Part shown: piece after piece, positions 9,462-19,526 of the stretch | Position numbering within the stretch: the stretch's first letter is position 1 | Layout of the letters: each line of letters opens with the position of its first letter | Translations under genes and position numbers: made by a program | The notes under the pieces: model-generated | Told to the model about the DNA's origin: nothing | Database searches by the model: none | The model's input: the letters and a program-made list of their open reading frames with translations, nothing else | From: an uncultured delta proteobacterium | Lineage (GTDB): Bacteria; Desulfobacterota; Desulfobacteria; Desulfobacterales; Desulfatirhabdiaceae | Reading direction: 5' to 3' | DNA length: 64,000 nt | Assembly (NCBI GenBank): GCA_963789395.1 | Contig: CAWBKP010000019.1 | Location: 64,001 to 128,000 of the forward strand

Positions 9462-11008
9462 TTATTGGTTTATCGCGGTTGGCGCAGATTTCGATTTGTT
9501 TAAGCTGTTCCAGTCAGGTAGCGGCTTTGATTTTTTTGTCCAGAGATTCAGCCTGGGCTTTGTCCGAATTAATGGACTTGGCTTTGTTAAGAAAGCCCAC
9601 GGCAGCTTCAAGATCCGCGAATTTGCCTTGCTGGCAGCGATGTCGGCTTTAAAGATCAGCAGTGTTTGTCCATGCTGTTCAGGAAGGTCTGCTGCATCGC
9701 GAAGCTCCTGGGTGATGGCATAAGGCTGTGCCAGATTGATGTAATATTTCATGCCTTCAAAATCCGGAATGCCCGGAGCATCCAGAAACGCATCCGCCTT
9801 ATTCAGAAAATAGCTGAAAATAATCGGGTAAACATCCATATGTGAATAAACTTTCTGGGCTTTTTCGGGTGTTTTAACCCCGGCAAGGGATATCAACTGT
9901 TTTTCTCCCTTTGGTGCAAATCTACCCTGCCAGATTTCAATCCCGTTTTTTGCAGGTTTGATGTAAAATTTTTGCGAGTTGCACAGGCTTGTGCCGATAA
10001 GAATCAACACCAGAAGCGCCAGACATCCGGCGGCAATTATAATGGTTTTATCCATGGGGTCGGCGTCTTTTGCGGGCGTGCAGGTTTACCGGTTGTACCG
10101 GTTGATCGTAGGTGATCTTGACTTTTGGAGCTGAAGCCTGCTGGAGCTCGGCAGCCTTCTTCCGTTCCAGGGCTGCGGCGGCTTTTTCAGCGGCGATACG
10201 TTCGGCTTCGGCCTTTTCGGCAGCAGCTTTTTCAGCGGCGATACGTTCGGCTTCGGCCTTTTCGGCAGCGGCTTTTTCAGCGGCGATACGTTCGGCTTCG
10301 GCCTTTTCGGCAGCAGCTTTTTCAGCGGCGATACGTTCGGCTTCGGCCTTTTCGGCAGCAGCTTTTTCAGCGGCGATACGTTCGGCTTCGGCCTTTTCGG
10401 CAGCAGCTTTTTCAGCGGCGATACGTTCGGCTTCGGCCTTTTCGGCAGCGGCTTTTTCAGCGGCGATACGTTCGGCTTCGGCCTTTTCGGCAGCGGCTTT
10501 TTCAGCGGCGATACGTTCGGCTTCGGCCTTTTCGGCAGCAGCTTTTTCAGCGGCGATACGTTCGCTTCGGCCTTTTCAGCAGCGGCTTTTTCAGCGGCGA
10601 AGCGCTCGCCTTCTGCAATGATTGTCTTCATATCAAAGGTATTGAAAAGCAATGCTCTTTTCCGGCTGATTTCCTGATCATCCTTGCCCGATACAAAAGG
10701 CGGGGCATCCGGAATGATGGTTTTGTCCGGAATCGGAACAAACAGGTTGTCCGGTTGCCGGGCATCAAATTTTTTTAAAATCAGATCGCTTAAAAGAACC
10801 GGTTTTTTCTGGGTCCGGATTTCCCGCTTTAACTGCCTTTTTCGTATTTTTGGAACCCTTCAGATTCGACCGTGACCCGCGTCTCTTCGGTTTTCAGATC
10901 AGAATTCTGCCCTGATGCTGCCGGATCGGCTTTGACTTTCTTTGCCGTTTCTTTCTTTTTTGAAACCGTTTTTTTCTTTGAAGCTTTGGTAGTACTGGTT
11001 TTTCCCAT
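9462..11008 (-). CDS. Membrane protein with Lys-rich N-terminus, TolA-like Ala/Glu/Lys repeats, one TM helix and a C-terminal domain (several frameshifts)
   Basis: ATG at 11008 ([13 protein letters not shown]). Repeats read [15 protein letters not shown] in frame. [19 protein letters not shown]. Indels near 10857, 10800, 10564 and about 9620; exact stop uncertain. Confidence 0.7.
10180..10600 (-). repeat. Coding tandem repeat, 45-bp unit, about 9 copies
   Basis: GCGGCGATACG recurs at 10190, 10235, 10280, 10325, 10370, 10415, 10460, 10505 and 10550, with no spacers between units. Confidence 0.97.
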
Positions 11009-11149
11009 AGCAACCCCTTTGAAATGACGGATAACTTTTTATATCAGAATGATATCAACCTATTTTTTATATCGGAAGAAGCCGGATTTGTAAATAGCAT
11101 TTTTCATTGCAAGTCAGATTGAAGGGTGAAGATGCTGGATTCATTGGAT

Positions 11150-12324
11150 TCAGGAATAGAGATGGTGGTTCCGGCTGTCATGGACAAAACGGTTCAGTTC
11201 GGGTTTCCAGGACTCGGCAATATCATCCAGAGAATCCATGCGCTCCATGCGCTTTCTGATTTCCGAGTTTCCAATGATCAGGTCAATCGGCAGCCTTTCA
11301 AATTCATATTCATAAGGGGGATTTTTCCATGAAAAATCATTCGCATGATGGCGCATGACTGCCTGAAGCAATTTGAGCGAGGTCATGTACGGCAGGTAAC
11401 TGTCCGGATCCGTGACATGAATCTGAAACCCTCTGCAGAGGTTTCCCTGCCACTTGCCGGAGGTGGGTTCAAATGCGGCCTCTCTTAACACGATTCCCTG
11501 CAGGTCTTTATCCGTGAGGCACGATAAAATCCGTTCCGGTTCCAAAAAAGGCGCGCCAAACAATTCAAAGGGCTGGGTGGTTCCCCTGCCTTCGGACACA
11601 TTGGTTCCTTCCCAGATGACCTGGCCGGGATACACACCGGCGGATGCCGGCGTCGGCAGATTCGGGGATGGCGCAACCCACGGCAGGCCGGTATCCGCAT
11701 ACCCCATCGCCCGTTTCCAGCCTGTCATCGGAATGACTTCGAGATGGCAGCCGATGCCATAATTGCGATTAAAGAGTCCGGCCATTTCCCCGATGGTCAG
11801 TCCATGACGCATCGGAATCGGATAACGTCCCACAAAAGAGCTGCAATCCATGGACAGGCAGTTGCCCTCAACGGTCTGACCATTTACGGGATTGGGCCGG
11901 TCCAGGATCAGAACGGATTTCCCATGGTCCCTGGCGGCTTCCATGCAATAGGACAGCGTGTAGATAAAGGTGTAGACGCGTGTGCCGGCATCCTGCAGAT
12001 CAACAATCAGGACATCAATGTTCTCAAGCATGTCTTTGGTGGGGATGCGGGTTTTTCCGTACAGGCTATACAGGGGATTTGAAGCAGCGGATCCCTGCCG
12101 TTTTCGGATTCGATCATATTGTCCTGCTTTTCGGCATAAAATCCATGCTGCGGTGAAAACAAGGCTGTCAGTTGCCCGGGAAACGTCTGATGGATGAGTG
12201 TTCGTGCGTGGCGAAACCGGCGGTCAACCGATGCGGGGTTGCACAGCAGTCCGATTCTTTTGCCGAATAGCCATTCCGGCGGCGCTGCGATTAAGCATTC
12301 AAGTCCGGTTTTGACTATTTCCAC
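11150..12324 (-). CDS. namZ: Exo-beta-N-acetylmuramidase NamZ family (DUF1343), frameshift near 12070
   Basis: RIGLLCNPAS and LFSPQHG in one frame; DLQDAGTRVYTF, LDRPNP, RHGLTIGE and SEGRGTT in the other. Confidence 0.88.
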
Positions 12325-12456
12325 TGGATATCCTTCCGCTTGTTCGATTTGATGTCATTATCCGCACTGGTTTCCCAGTACCTGATTCCGATGTCAGATT
12401 CAGTGAAAACTTGCCAGAAATATTGACTTAGTGCACCGCCTGATGCCTTTCGGAAT

Positions 12457-12486
12457 TTGACTTTTTATGATGTTGTCATATATCAT
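12457..12486 (+). promoter_or_regulatory. Candidate sigma70 promoter for the activase-hypD operon
   Basis: TTGACT-N18-TATCAT, ending 7 nt before the ATG at 12494. Confidence 0.45.
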
Positions 12487-12493
12487 ATGATGC

Positions 12494-13400
12494 ATGGAAA
12501 GCGGAATCATCTTTGATATAAAAAAATTTTCCATTCACGATGGTCCGGGAATCCGGACAACTGTTTTTCTGAAAGGCTGTCCCTTGTCCTGCTGGTGGTG
12601 CCATAATCCCGAGAGCCAGCGGATTTCCAGGGAAAAACTCTATGCCGTCAGCCGGTGTATCGGCTGCAAGGAATGCCTGGCCGCGTGTCCGGAAAATGCC
12701 ATCCGTGAAATGGAAACCGGGCTTTTCACGGACCCGGAAAAATGTTTGCGGTGCGGAAGCTGCACGGATGTCTGTCTGGCGGAGGCCTGCGAAATGGCCG
12801 GGCGGGAACTGACCGTCAACCAGGTGATGGCAGAGATCGAAAAGGACACGGCTTTTTATGATGAGTCCTTTGGAGGGGTAACCTTTTCCGGAGGAGAGCC
12901 GCTGGCGCAGCCGGATTTTCTTTTTGCGTTGCTGAAAGCCTGCAGGGACCGCCGGATTCATACGGCGCTGGATACCAGCGGTTTTTCGACATGGGAAGTT
13001 CTGGACCGCATCCGGCACCACGTGGATGTATTTCTTTTTGACCTGAAGTTGATGGATGATGAAAAACATCGGAAGTGTTACCGGCGTATCCAACCGGACG
13101 ATTCTGGAGAATCTCATGGCGCTGTCCTCCGATGGCCACCGGATTCGCATCCGGTTTCCGGTCATTCCCGGAATAACGGATGATGAAGACAATGTTTCGG
13201 CCATCGGTGTTTTTGCCGCCGAGTTGCCGTCCATACCGCCAATCGATTTGCTGCCGTATCATCATTCTGCTGCCGCCAAATATGACCGGCTGGGAAAACC
13301 CTACCGGCTCCCGGATACACGGCCGCCGTCGGCGGATTCCATGGCCCGCATTGCGGATCTGCTGCGAGGGTTTGGCCTGACTGTAAATGTGGAAGGTTGA
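12494..13400 (+). CDS. Glycyl-radical enzyme activating protein (radical SAM with ferredoxin insert), frameshift near 13075
   Basis: HDGPGIRTTVFLKGCPLSCWWCHNPES; two CxxCxxCxxxC motifs; GVTFSGGEP; C-terminal LLPYH in the second frame. Confidence 0.93.
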
Positions 13401-13406
13401 TGAATT

Positions 13407-15777
13407 ATGACGATTTCTGAAAGAGTTTTACGGCTCCGGGAACAGAGCCTGAACACCAAGCCTGTTCTTTCACCGGAACGGGCGGAGCTGATGACCGAAT
13501 ATTGCCGCAGGGATTCCGTCGCCCGTATCCGCGCCTGTCCGGCGGGCGCTTGCATTTCAATATCTTATGGAGCATAAGGCCGTCTGCATCAACGGATGGC
13601 GAGCTGATCGTCGGCGAAAAAGGCCCGTTTCCCAAAGCCACGCCCACCTATCCGGAACTCTGCTGCCACAGCTTGAGCGATCTGGAAATTCTGGATTCCA
13701 GAGAAAAAATCCCTTTTTCGGTCAGTCCGGAAGCAAAGGCCGTCTACCGGGACAGCATCATTCCCTTCTGGCAGGGTAAATCCCTGCGGGATATGATTTT
13801 CAGCGAAATGACGGATGCATGGAAAGCGGCATATGAAGCCGGCGTGTTTACCGAATTCATGGAGCAGCGGGCTCCGGGCCACACGGTTCTGGATGACAAA
13901 ATTTATAAAAAAGGATTTCTGGAATTCAGGCAGGAGATTGCGTCCGCTTTAAGCAGACTCGATTATCTCAACGACCCCAAAGCCTATGCCCGTCAGGAAG
14001 AGCTCAAAGCCATGGAAATCTGTGCGGATGCCCTGATCCGGTTCAGCCATCGGCATGCGGAAAAAGCCATTGAGCTCTGGCGGAGCTGGAAACCCGGCCG
14101 GAGCGAAAGGCCGAGCTGGAACGGATTGCATCGATCTGTTTCCATGTTCCCGCAAACCCCCCACGGGATTTTCACGAAGCGCTGCAGTATTACTGGTTCG
14201 TTCATCTGGGGGTCACCATCGAGCTCAACACCTGGGATGCCTTTGATCCGGGGCGACTGGACCAGCATCTGAATCCATTTTATCAAAAAGGCATCGAGAA
14301 CGGCACCTTGACCCGAGAAACCGCCGAGGAACTGCTCCAGTGCTTCTGGATCAAGTTCAACAACCAGCCGGCACCTCCCAAGGTAGGCGTTACGGCGGCT
14401 GAAAGCGGCACATACACGGATTTTGCCCAGATCAACGTCGGCGGGATGAAGCCGGATGGATCCGACGGGGTCAATGACGTATCGTATCTGCTCCTGGACG
14501 TCATCGAGGACATGCGCCTCTTGCAGCCCAGTTCATCCATCCAGGTCAGCAAAAAAAATCCGGACAGGTTCATCAAGCGGGCTGCCAGAATCATTCGAAC
14601 CGGCTTTGGTCAGCCATCCGTATTCAATGCGGATCTGATTGTCCAGGAGCTGGTCCGCCAGGGAAAATCGCTGGATGACGCCCGCCGGGGCGGATCCAGC
14701 GGATGCGTTGAGGTCGGGGCTTTTGGAAAGGAAAGCTATACCCTTACCGGGTACTTCAACATGCCTAAAGTACTCGAGATCACCCTGCACAACGGAAAAG
14801 ACCCCCGAACCGGAAAGACAATCGGGATTGAAACCGGCAATCCCGAGCAGTTCGCCCGGTTCGATGACCTGTTTAACGCCTTTGTCCGGCAGATGAATCA
14901 TTTTGTCGATATCAAGGTCAGGGGCAACAATGTCATCGAGCGCCTCTACGCCGCATTTATGCCGGCGCCGTTTCTGTCCCTGCTGATCGATGACTGCATT
15001 GCAACCGGAACGGATTACCATGACGGCGGCGCCCGCTATAACACCACCTATATTCAGGGTGTGGGTCTGGGCTCCCTGACCGATATGATGTCGGCCCTCC
15101 GCTGCCATGTGTTTGAACAAAAAACCCTTTCCATGACGGCGCTTCTGAATGCTCTGGCCGATGATTTTTCAGGCCATGAGAGAATCCGGCTGATGCTGAT
15201 GAACAGAACCCCCCGGTACGGAAATGACGACGATGATGCCGATGAGATCATGAAATCAATTTTCGAGGCGTATTTTGCGGCTGTCGACGGGCGCAAAAAC
15301 ACCAAAAACGGCACCTATCACATCAATCTGCTGCCCACAACCTGCCATGTCTATTTTGGGTCCGTGACCGGCGCAACCCCCGATGGGCGGCGTGCCTGGG
15401 AGCCGCTTTCCGAAGGGATTTCACCGGTGCAGGGCGCGGATCGCAAGGGGCCGACCGCTGTCCTGAAATCCGCAGCCAAGATGGATCATGTCCGAACCGG
15501 CGGAACGCTTCTCAACCAGAAATTCACGCCCCAGCTGTTAAAGACCGATGCGGATCTGGACCGGCTGGTTCAGCTGGTGCGCACCTATTTCAAGCTGGAC
15601 GGGCATCACATTCAGTTCAATGTGGCGGATGCGGCCACCCTGCGTGCGGCCCAGCAGCATCCGGAAAAATACCGGGATCTGATTGTTCGCGTTGCCGGCT
15701 ACAGCGATTATTTCTGCGATCTTGGCCAGGCGCTCCAGGAAGAGATCATCGCCCGAACCGAGCACAGCGCCTTCTGA
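13407..15777 (+). CDS. hypD: Glycyl radical enzyme, trans-4-hydroxy-L-proline dehydratase (HypD) type, several frameshifts
   Basis: FTEFMEQRAPGHTV, ELNTWDAF, KFNNQPAPPKVG, ESGTYTDFA, SGCVE, LLPTTCH and RVAGYS match the HypD sequence as recalled. Indels near 13520-13595 and 14100. Confidence 0.85.
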
Positions 15778-15823
15778 CAGACAAAAGCGGATGAACTTGT
15801 AAAAAGGCATCGTACGTCACGAT

Positions 15824-16609
15824 ATGAATGTCAAAAAGTCCTATGAGATTCTTCGGCTTAAACCGGATGCGTCGCTGTCGGATCTGAAGCTGGCGTACAG
15901 GGATATGGTGAATGTATGGCATCCGGACCGGTTTTTGCAGAATCCCAGGCTGAAAGAAAAGGCGGAGCAGCACCTTCGGGAAATCAATCAGGCTTATGAG
16001 ATTGCGCTGGGCTTTTTGTCTTCGGCTGGGAAAGAAATGCCGAAAGACGAACCCGGCGGTGCCGGAAAACACACCCAAAGCAGGCCGAATGCCGGATCCG
16101 TCCGCAAGCCCTCAAGTCCTGCTTCTTTCATGCCGGTCTGGCTGGCTCGTTTTCTGGCCAGGGGTTTTGATGGTATTATTTTTGCGTTAATGCTCGGATA
16201 TATTGGGGTTTTTCGGCTGTTTCCCAACCCGGTTGCCGGGTGGTTGATATGCATGATTGCCGGCACGCTGCTTTGGGCCTTTGTTGAGGCCAATCTTCTC
16301 AGCAGCCTCGGAGCCACTCCAGGTAAATGGCTGTTCGGTATTCGTGTGATGACCCTTACGGGAAACAGACCGGTCTTGCTGGAAGCTTTCAAAAGAAGCA
16401 TCGGCGTCTGGTGGTATGGGCTGGGAGCCGGCTTTGTTCCGGTGATGCCGGTGATGATGGCTTTTAACTGCCTCCGGTTGATGACGCATCATCCCACGCG
16501 ATGGGATCGGACAGGCCCCTTTATCGTGATCCTCGATCCTCGGGGAAAACTCAAAACGTTCATTGTGGTGGCGATTGTTGCGCTGAGTGGCTGGCTGCTT
16601 ATCCGCTGA
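15824..16609 (+). CDS. DnaJ-domain + RDD-family membrane protein
   Basis: N-terminal J domain with WHPDRF; then RFLARGFD, ATPGKWLFGIRV and hydrophobic helices typical of RDD. Confidence 0.8.
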   Translation: MNVKKSYEILRLKPDASLSDLKLAYRDMVNVWHPDRFLQNPRLKEKAEQHLREINQAYEIALGFLSSAGKEMPKDEPGGAGKHTQSRPNAGSVRKPSSPASFMPVWLARFLARGFDGIIFALMLGYIGVFRLFPNPVAGWLICMIAGTLLWAFVEANLLSSLGATPGKWLFGIRVMTLTGNRPVLLEAFKRSIGVWWYGLGAGFVPVMPVMMAFNCLRLMTHHPTRWDRTGPFIVILDPRGKLKTFIVVAIVALSGWLLIR

Positions 16610-16641
16610 TTCATTGAATAATTGACTGGAATCGATTTGCT

Positions 16642-18153
16642 ATGGAAACCATTTTAACGCTGGATATCAAAACGAGTATCACCAAATCCGTTCTGGAAGT
16701 TTTTGACACGATGCTGTCCTTTCAACTGGAACCGGTACAGGACAAGGAAGATGCGGATTTAAAAGAAATGCGCATCGTGGGTTCGGTAAACTTTGCCGGC
16801 CAGGTGTCCGGAATCATCCACATCCATGTGAAAAAAGACTTTGCATTGATCATGACATCCGCCATGCTGGGAATGGCCCCTGATGAGATTGAGGGCGAAA
16901 ATGAAATCAAGGATGTGATCTGTGAACTCAGTAATATTATCGGCGGAAACCTCAAGTCGTTTTTTAATGATTCGGGGTTTTACTGTGCGCTTTCGACGCC
17001 GTCCATTACCCTGGGCGATGATTTCACCATAAAATCCCTGAATGCCGAAAGATATGAGAGCCTGAGTTTCAGCTATCAGCAGCATACGGTCCGGATCGAG
17101 GTCGGGGTCAAGTTGCAGGGCGGGTATCAGGCGGAAGATGCGGGGCAATCCGGGCTTCCAGCCGCGGCTCGCGTCGATGCTTCCAGAGTCCAAAAAATGG
17201 ATATTTTCACCAAAGTTCCGGATTCGGTTATCAATGTTTTCAGCACCATGCTTTCCATGGATGTTCAGGTGAGCCACACGGTCGCGCAATCGGCCCTGGA
17301 GGGGATGCGAACAGTCGGAGCCGTCAGCTTTGCAGGGGATGCGATGGGGCTGATCAACATCCATGTGACATCCCGGTTTTCCAGGCAGATGGCGGCTGTA
17401 ATGCTGGATATGGACATCAACGATGTTGATGCCGAGACAGATGTGAACGATGTGATCGGAGAGCTCAGCAATATTGTCGGCGGCAATTTGAAATCCATCT
17501 TCTCCGATGTCGGGTTGCGCTGCGAACTCTCCCCGCCGTCCATTACCAGCGGCAGCGGTTTTAAAATCGAGTCCATGAACATGGAGCGGTATGAACGGTT
17601 TGCCTTCGGCTACCAGGATCATGTCTTTTTTGTGGAATTCGGGCTCAAGCTGGCTGAAGGGCTGAATATTCCGCTGGGGGATGTCAAGGAAATCAACTAT
17701 CAGGCTGCTGGGGAAAGCCAGCAGTCTCCAGCGGCATGGACGGAGCTTTCCGACAATTCAGCTTCACCCGATACCGAGCCAGTAGAAATTGAAGCCCCGG
17801 TTTCCCGGCAGGCCGAACGGCCTGAAGAATTGCCGGCTGTTTATCAGCAAAAGAACTGGGTGGATGAACCCGAGTCTTTGCCGCCGCCAATTGACGTGAA
17901 CCTGAGTTTTCTGATGGATATTCCGCTTGATGTTTCCATCGAGCTTGGCAGGGCCCGAATGAAAATCAGTGAACTGTTGAAAATCAAGGAGCAGACTGTG
18001 GTCGGACTCAACAGCCTGGCGGATGAGCCTGTGGAGATACTGGTCAACAACAAACTCATTGCAAAGGGCGAGGTCGTTGTTGAAGGCGGGAAATACGGCA
18101 TTCGGGTTATCGAGGTATTAAGCCGGGAGGAACGCATCAAAAGCCTCAGATAA
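16642..18153 (+). CDS. Tandem CheX-CheX phosphatase domains fused to a FliN/SpoA domain (FliY-like)
   Basis: Two CheX repeats (ELSNIIGG...PSI and ELSNIVGG...PSI), an acidic linker, then DIPLDVSIELG...GEVVVEGGKYGIRV. Confidence 0.88.
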   Translation: METILTLDIKTSITKSVLEVFDTMLSFQLEPVQDKEDADLKEMRIVGSVNFAGQVSGIIHIHVKKDFALIMTSAMLGMAPDEIEGENEIKDVICELSNIIGGNLKSFFNDSGFYCALSTPSITLGDDFTIKSLNAERYESLSFSYQQHTVRIEVGVKLQGGYQAEDAGQSGLPAAARVDASRVQKMDIFTKVPDSVINVFSTMLSMDVQVSHTVAQSALEGMRTVGAVSFAGDAMGLINIHVTSRFSRQMAAVMLDMDINDVDAETDVNDVIGELSNIVGGNLKSIFSDVGLRCELSPPSITSGSGFKIESMNMERYERFAFGYQDHVFFVEFGLKLAEGLNIPLGDVKEINYQAAGESQQSPAAWTELSDNSASPDTEPVEIEAPVSRQAERPEELPAVYQQKNWVDEPESLPPPIDVNLSFLMDIPLDVSIELGRARMKISELLKIKEQTVVGLNSLADEPVEILVNNKLIAKGEVVVEGGKYGIRVIEVLSREERIKSLR

Positions 18154-18186
18154 ACGGATTGCCTCTTGATATGAAAAGCACAGCCA

Positions 18187-18299
18187 CCGTCATTCCGGGC
18201 TTGACCCGGAATCCAGCGCCAATGGCCGAAACACTTCCGATATGCGTTTCAGGGTTCGCCTTAATGGCTTCTGGATTCCGGCGTTCGCCGGAATGACGG
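18187..18299. repeat. REP/RPE-like palindromic element (two inverted palindromic units)
   Basis: CCGTCATTCCGGGCTTGACCCGGAATCCAG ... CTGGATTCCGGCGTTCGCCGGAATGACGG. Confidence 0.8.
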
Positions 18300-18326
18300 G
18301 TTGCTTTTATATTCAAGGTAAAAATA

Positions 18327-18342
18327 TGGCATCATAATTGCT
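18327..18342 (+). promoter_or_regulatory. sigma54 promoter upstream of csrA-fliW
   Basis: TGGCATCATAATTGCT (GG-N10-GC). Confidence 0.75.
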
Positions 18343-18384
18343 TTAAATTTATCAATCTTCAACGGGCGCCACGGAGGGATCCCA

Positions 18385-18597
18385 ATGCTTGTCATTACGC
18401 GTAAGCTGGAAGAAAAAATCACCATCGGCAATGATATTACCGTCAGCGTTCTGGGGATCAAGGGAAACCATGTCAAGCTGGGAATCGACGCTCCCCGCCA
18501 CATGCCCATATACCGGACCGAGGTATATAAAAGCATCGTTGAGGAAAATCTTCGGGCTGCAGCCGCACCGCAGGACTTAACGCTGCTGTCGGGATGA
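18385..18597 (+). CDS. csrA: Carbon storage regulator
   Basis: MLVITRK...ITIG...VKLGIDAP...IYRTEVY; adjacent to fliW. Confidence 0.96.
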   Translation: MLVITRKLEEKITIGNDITVSVLGIKGNHVKLGIDAPRHMPIYRTEVYKSIVEENLRAAAAPQDLTLLSG

Positions 18598-18658
18598 CGA
18601 AACAAAGGCCGGACGTCGAGGCGATCAGCGCCTTTCACCATAAAATCATGGAGTAGAT

Positions 18659-19093
18659 ATGCTAACCGTATCCACAACCCGTTTTGGGGATATCTTGATC
18701 GAAGAAGACCGGGTAATCCATTTCCCGGAAGGGCTGCTCGGGTTTCCGGACCAGAAAGCGTTTATCATCCAGCAGCATAAGCCGGAGTCTTCATTTTACT
18801 GGCTTCAGTCTATTGATCTTCCCTATCTGGCATTTGTCATCATCAACCCGTTTCTGGGAGAAAAAGACTACCTCAAGGACCTTCCGCCTGCCGACATGGG
18901 ATATTTTACAGGCATTGAGGATGGGCGCACCCTGGCCCTGGCCCTGGTAACCATCAAACCCGAGTCGGTCCCGCCGCTGACCATGAATCTGGTCGGCCCC
19001 GTAATTATCGATCTGGAAAACCGGACAGGCAGGCAGGTTGTTCTTTCAACGACCCGATACAGCTGCAGGCATCCGCTGGTTCTCCCTCAATAA
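18659..19093 (+). CDS. fliW: Flagellar assembly factor FliW
   Basis: TTRFG, FPEGLLGF, WLQS and TMNLVGP motifs. Confidence 0.95.
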   Translation: MLTVSTTRFGDILIEEDRVIHFPEGLLGFPDQKAFIIQQHKPESSFYWLQSIDLPYLAFVIINPFLGEKDYLKDLPPADMGYFTGIEDGRTLALALVTIKPESVPPLTMNLVGPVIIDLENRTGRQVVLSTTRYSCRHPLVLPQ

Positions 19094-19352
19094 TGAGCTA
19101 ATACCCCCAAAGCCGTTCGCAGTCAGGAAATCGACTTGATCAAGAAAAAGGGGTCGATTCTTCATACATGGCCCGCGCTCCTTATATTTATCCCGCCGGA
19201 TTTCTTGTTTTCCGGTTTTGAATACTATATTTTGTTAAAAGTATCTTTCCCCATAAACTGCTTCTCGATTCTCATTCCTTTAACTGTTGAAACGCACATC
19301 CATCCAAATGCCATGGAAGTCGATTTCTCATCTACATTGTCTTTGAGATGAT

Positions 19353-19366
19353 GTCAAGAAATTGAC
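19353..19366. promoter_or_regulatory. FleQ-like palindromic enhancer box
   Basis: GTCAAGAAATTGAC, about 65 bp upstream of the sigma54 promoter at 19429. A related site GTCAGGAAATCGAC lies at 19122. Confidence 0.55.
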
Positions 19367-19428
19367 AATTCATTTCTGTATTATCGACTTTTATCTATAA
19401 CATATCGATATATAATAGAAATTATGAT

Positions 19429-19444
19429 AGGCATGGTCTTTGCT
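19429..19444 (+). promoter_or_regulatory. sigma54 promoter upstream of the TPR-GT41-FkbM gene
   Basis: AGGCATGGTCTTTGCT (GG-N10-GC). Confidence 0.7.
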
Positions 19445-19526
19445 TATAGTGTTGCTGGAGTCATATGTTCTGAACCTACAGGTTCAATGTGCCTGCAGTA
19501 GGAAAGAAGATAAGGGGAAAATATAT

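Noticed and set aside
10180..10600. 45-bp repeat array as a CRISPR array
   Set aside because: The units are contiguous with no unique spacers, the length is a multiple of 3 encoding an Ala/Glu/Lys helix, and no cas genes are present.
10112..10778. Plus-strand and alternative-frame repeat ORFs (SAAAF..., RRYVRL..., KKPLPKRP...)
   Set aside because: These are shadows of the 45-bp repeat. The 1-nt deletion near 10564 explains why the ORF track shows the wrong frame.
13407..15777. Pyruvate formate-lyase call
   Set aside because: It has a single Cys motif (GCVE) rather than the PFL Cys-Cys pair, and the motifs fit HypD.
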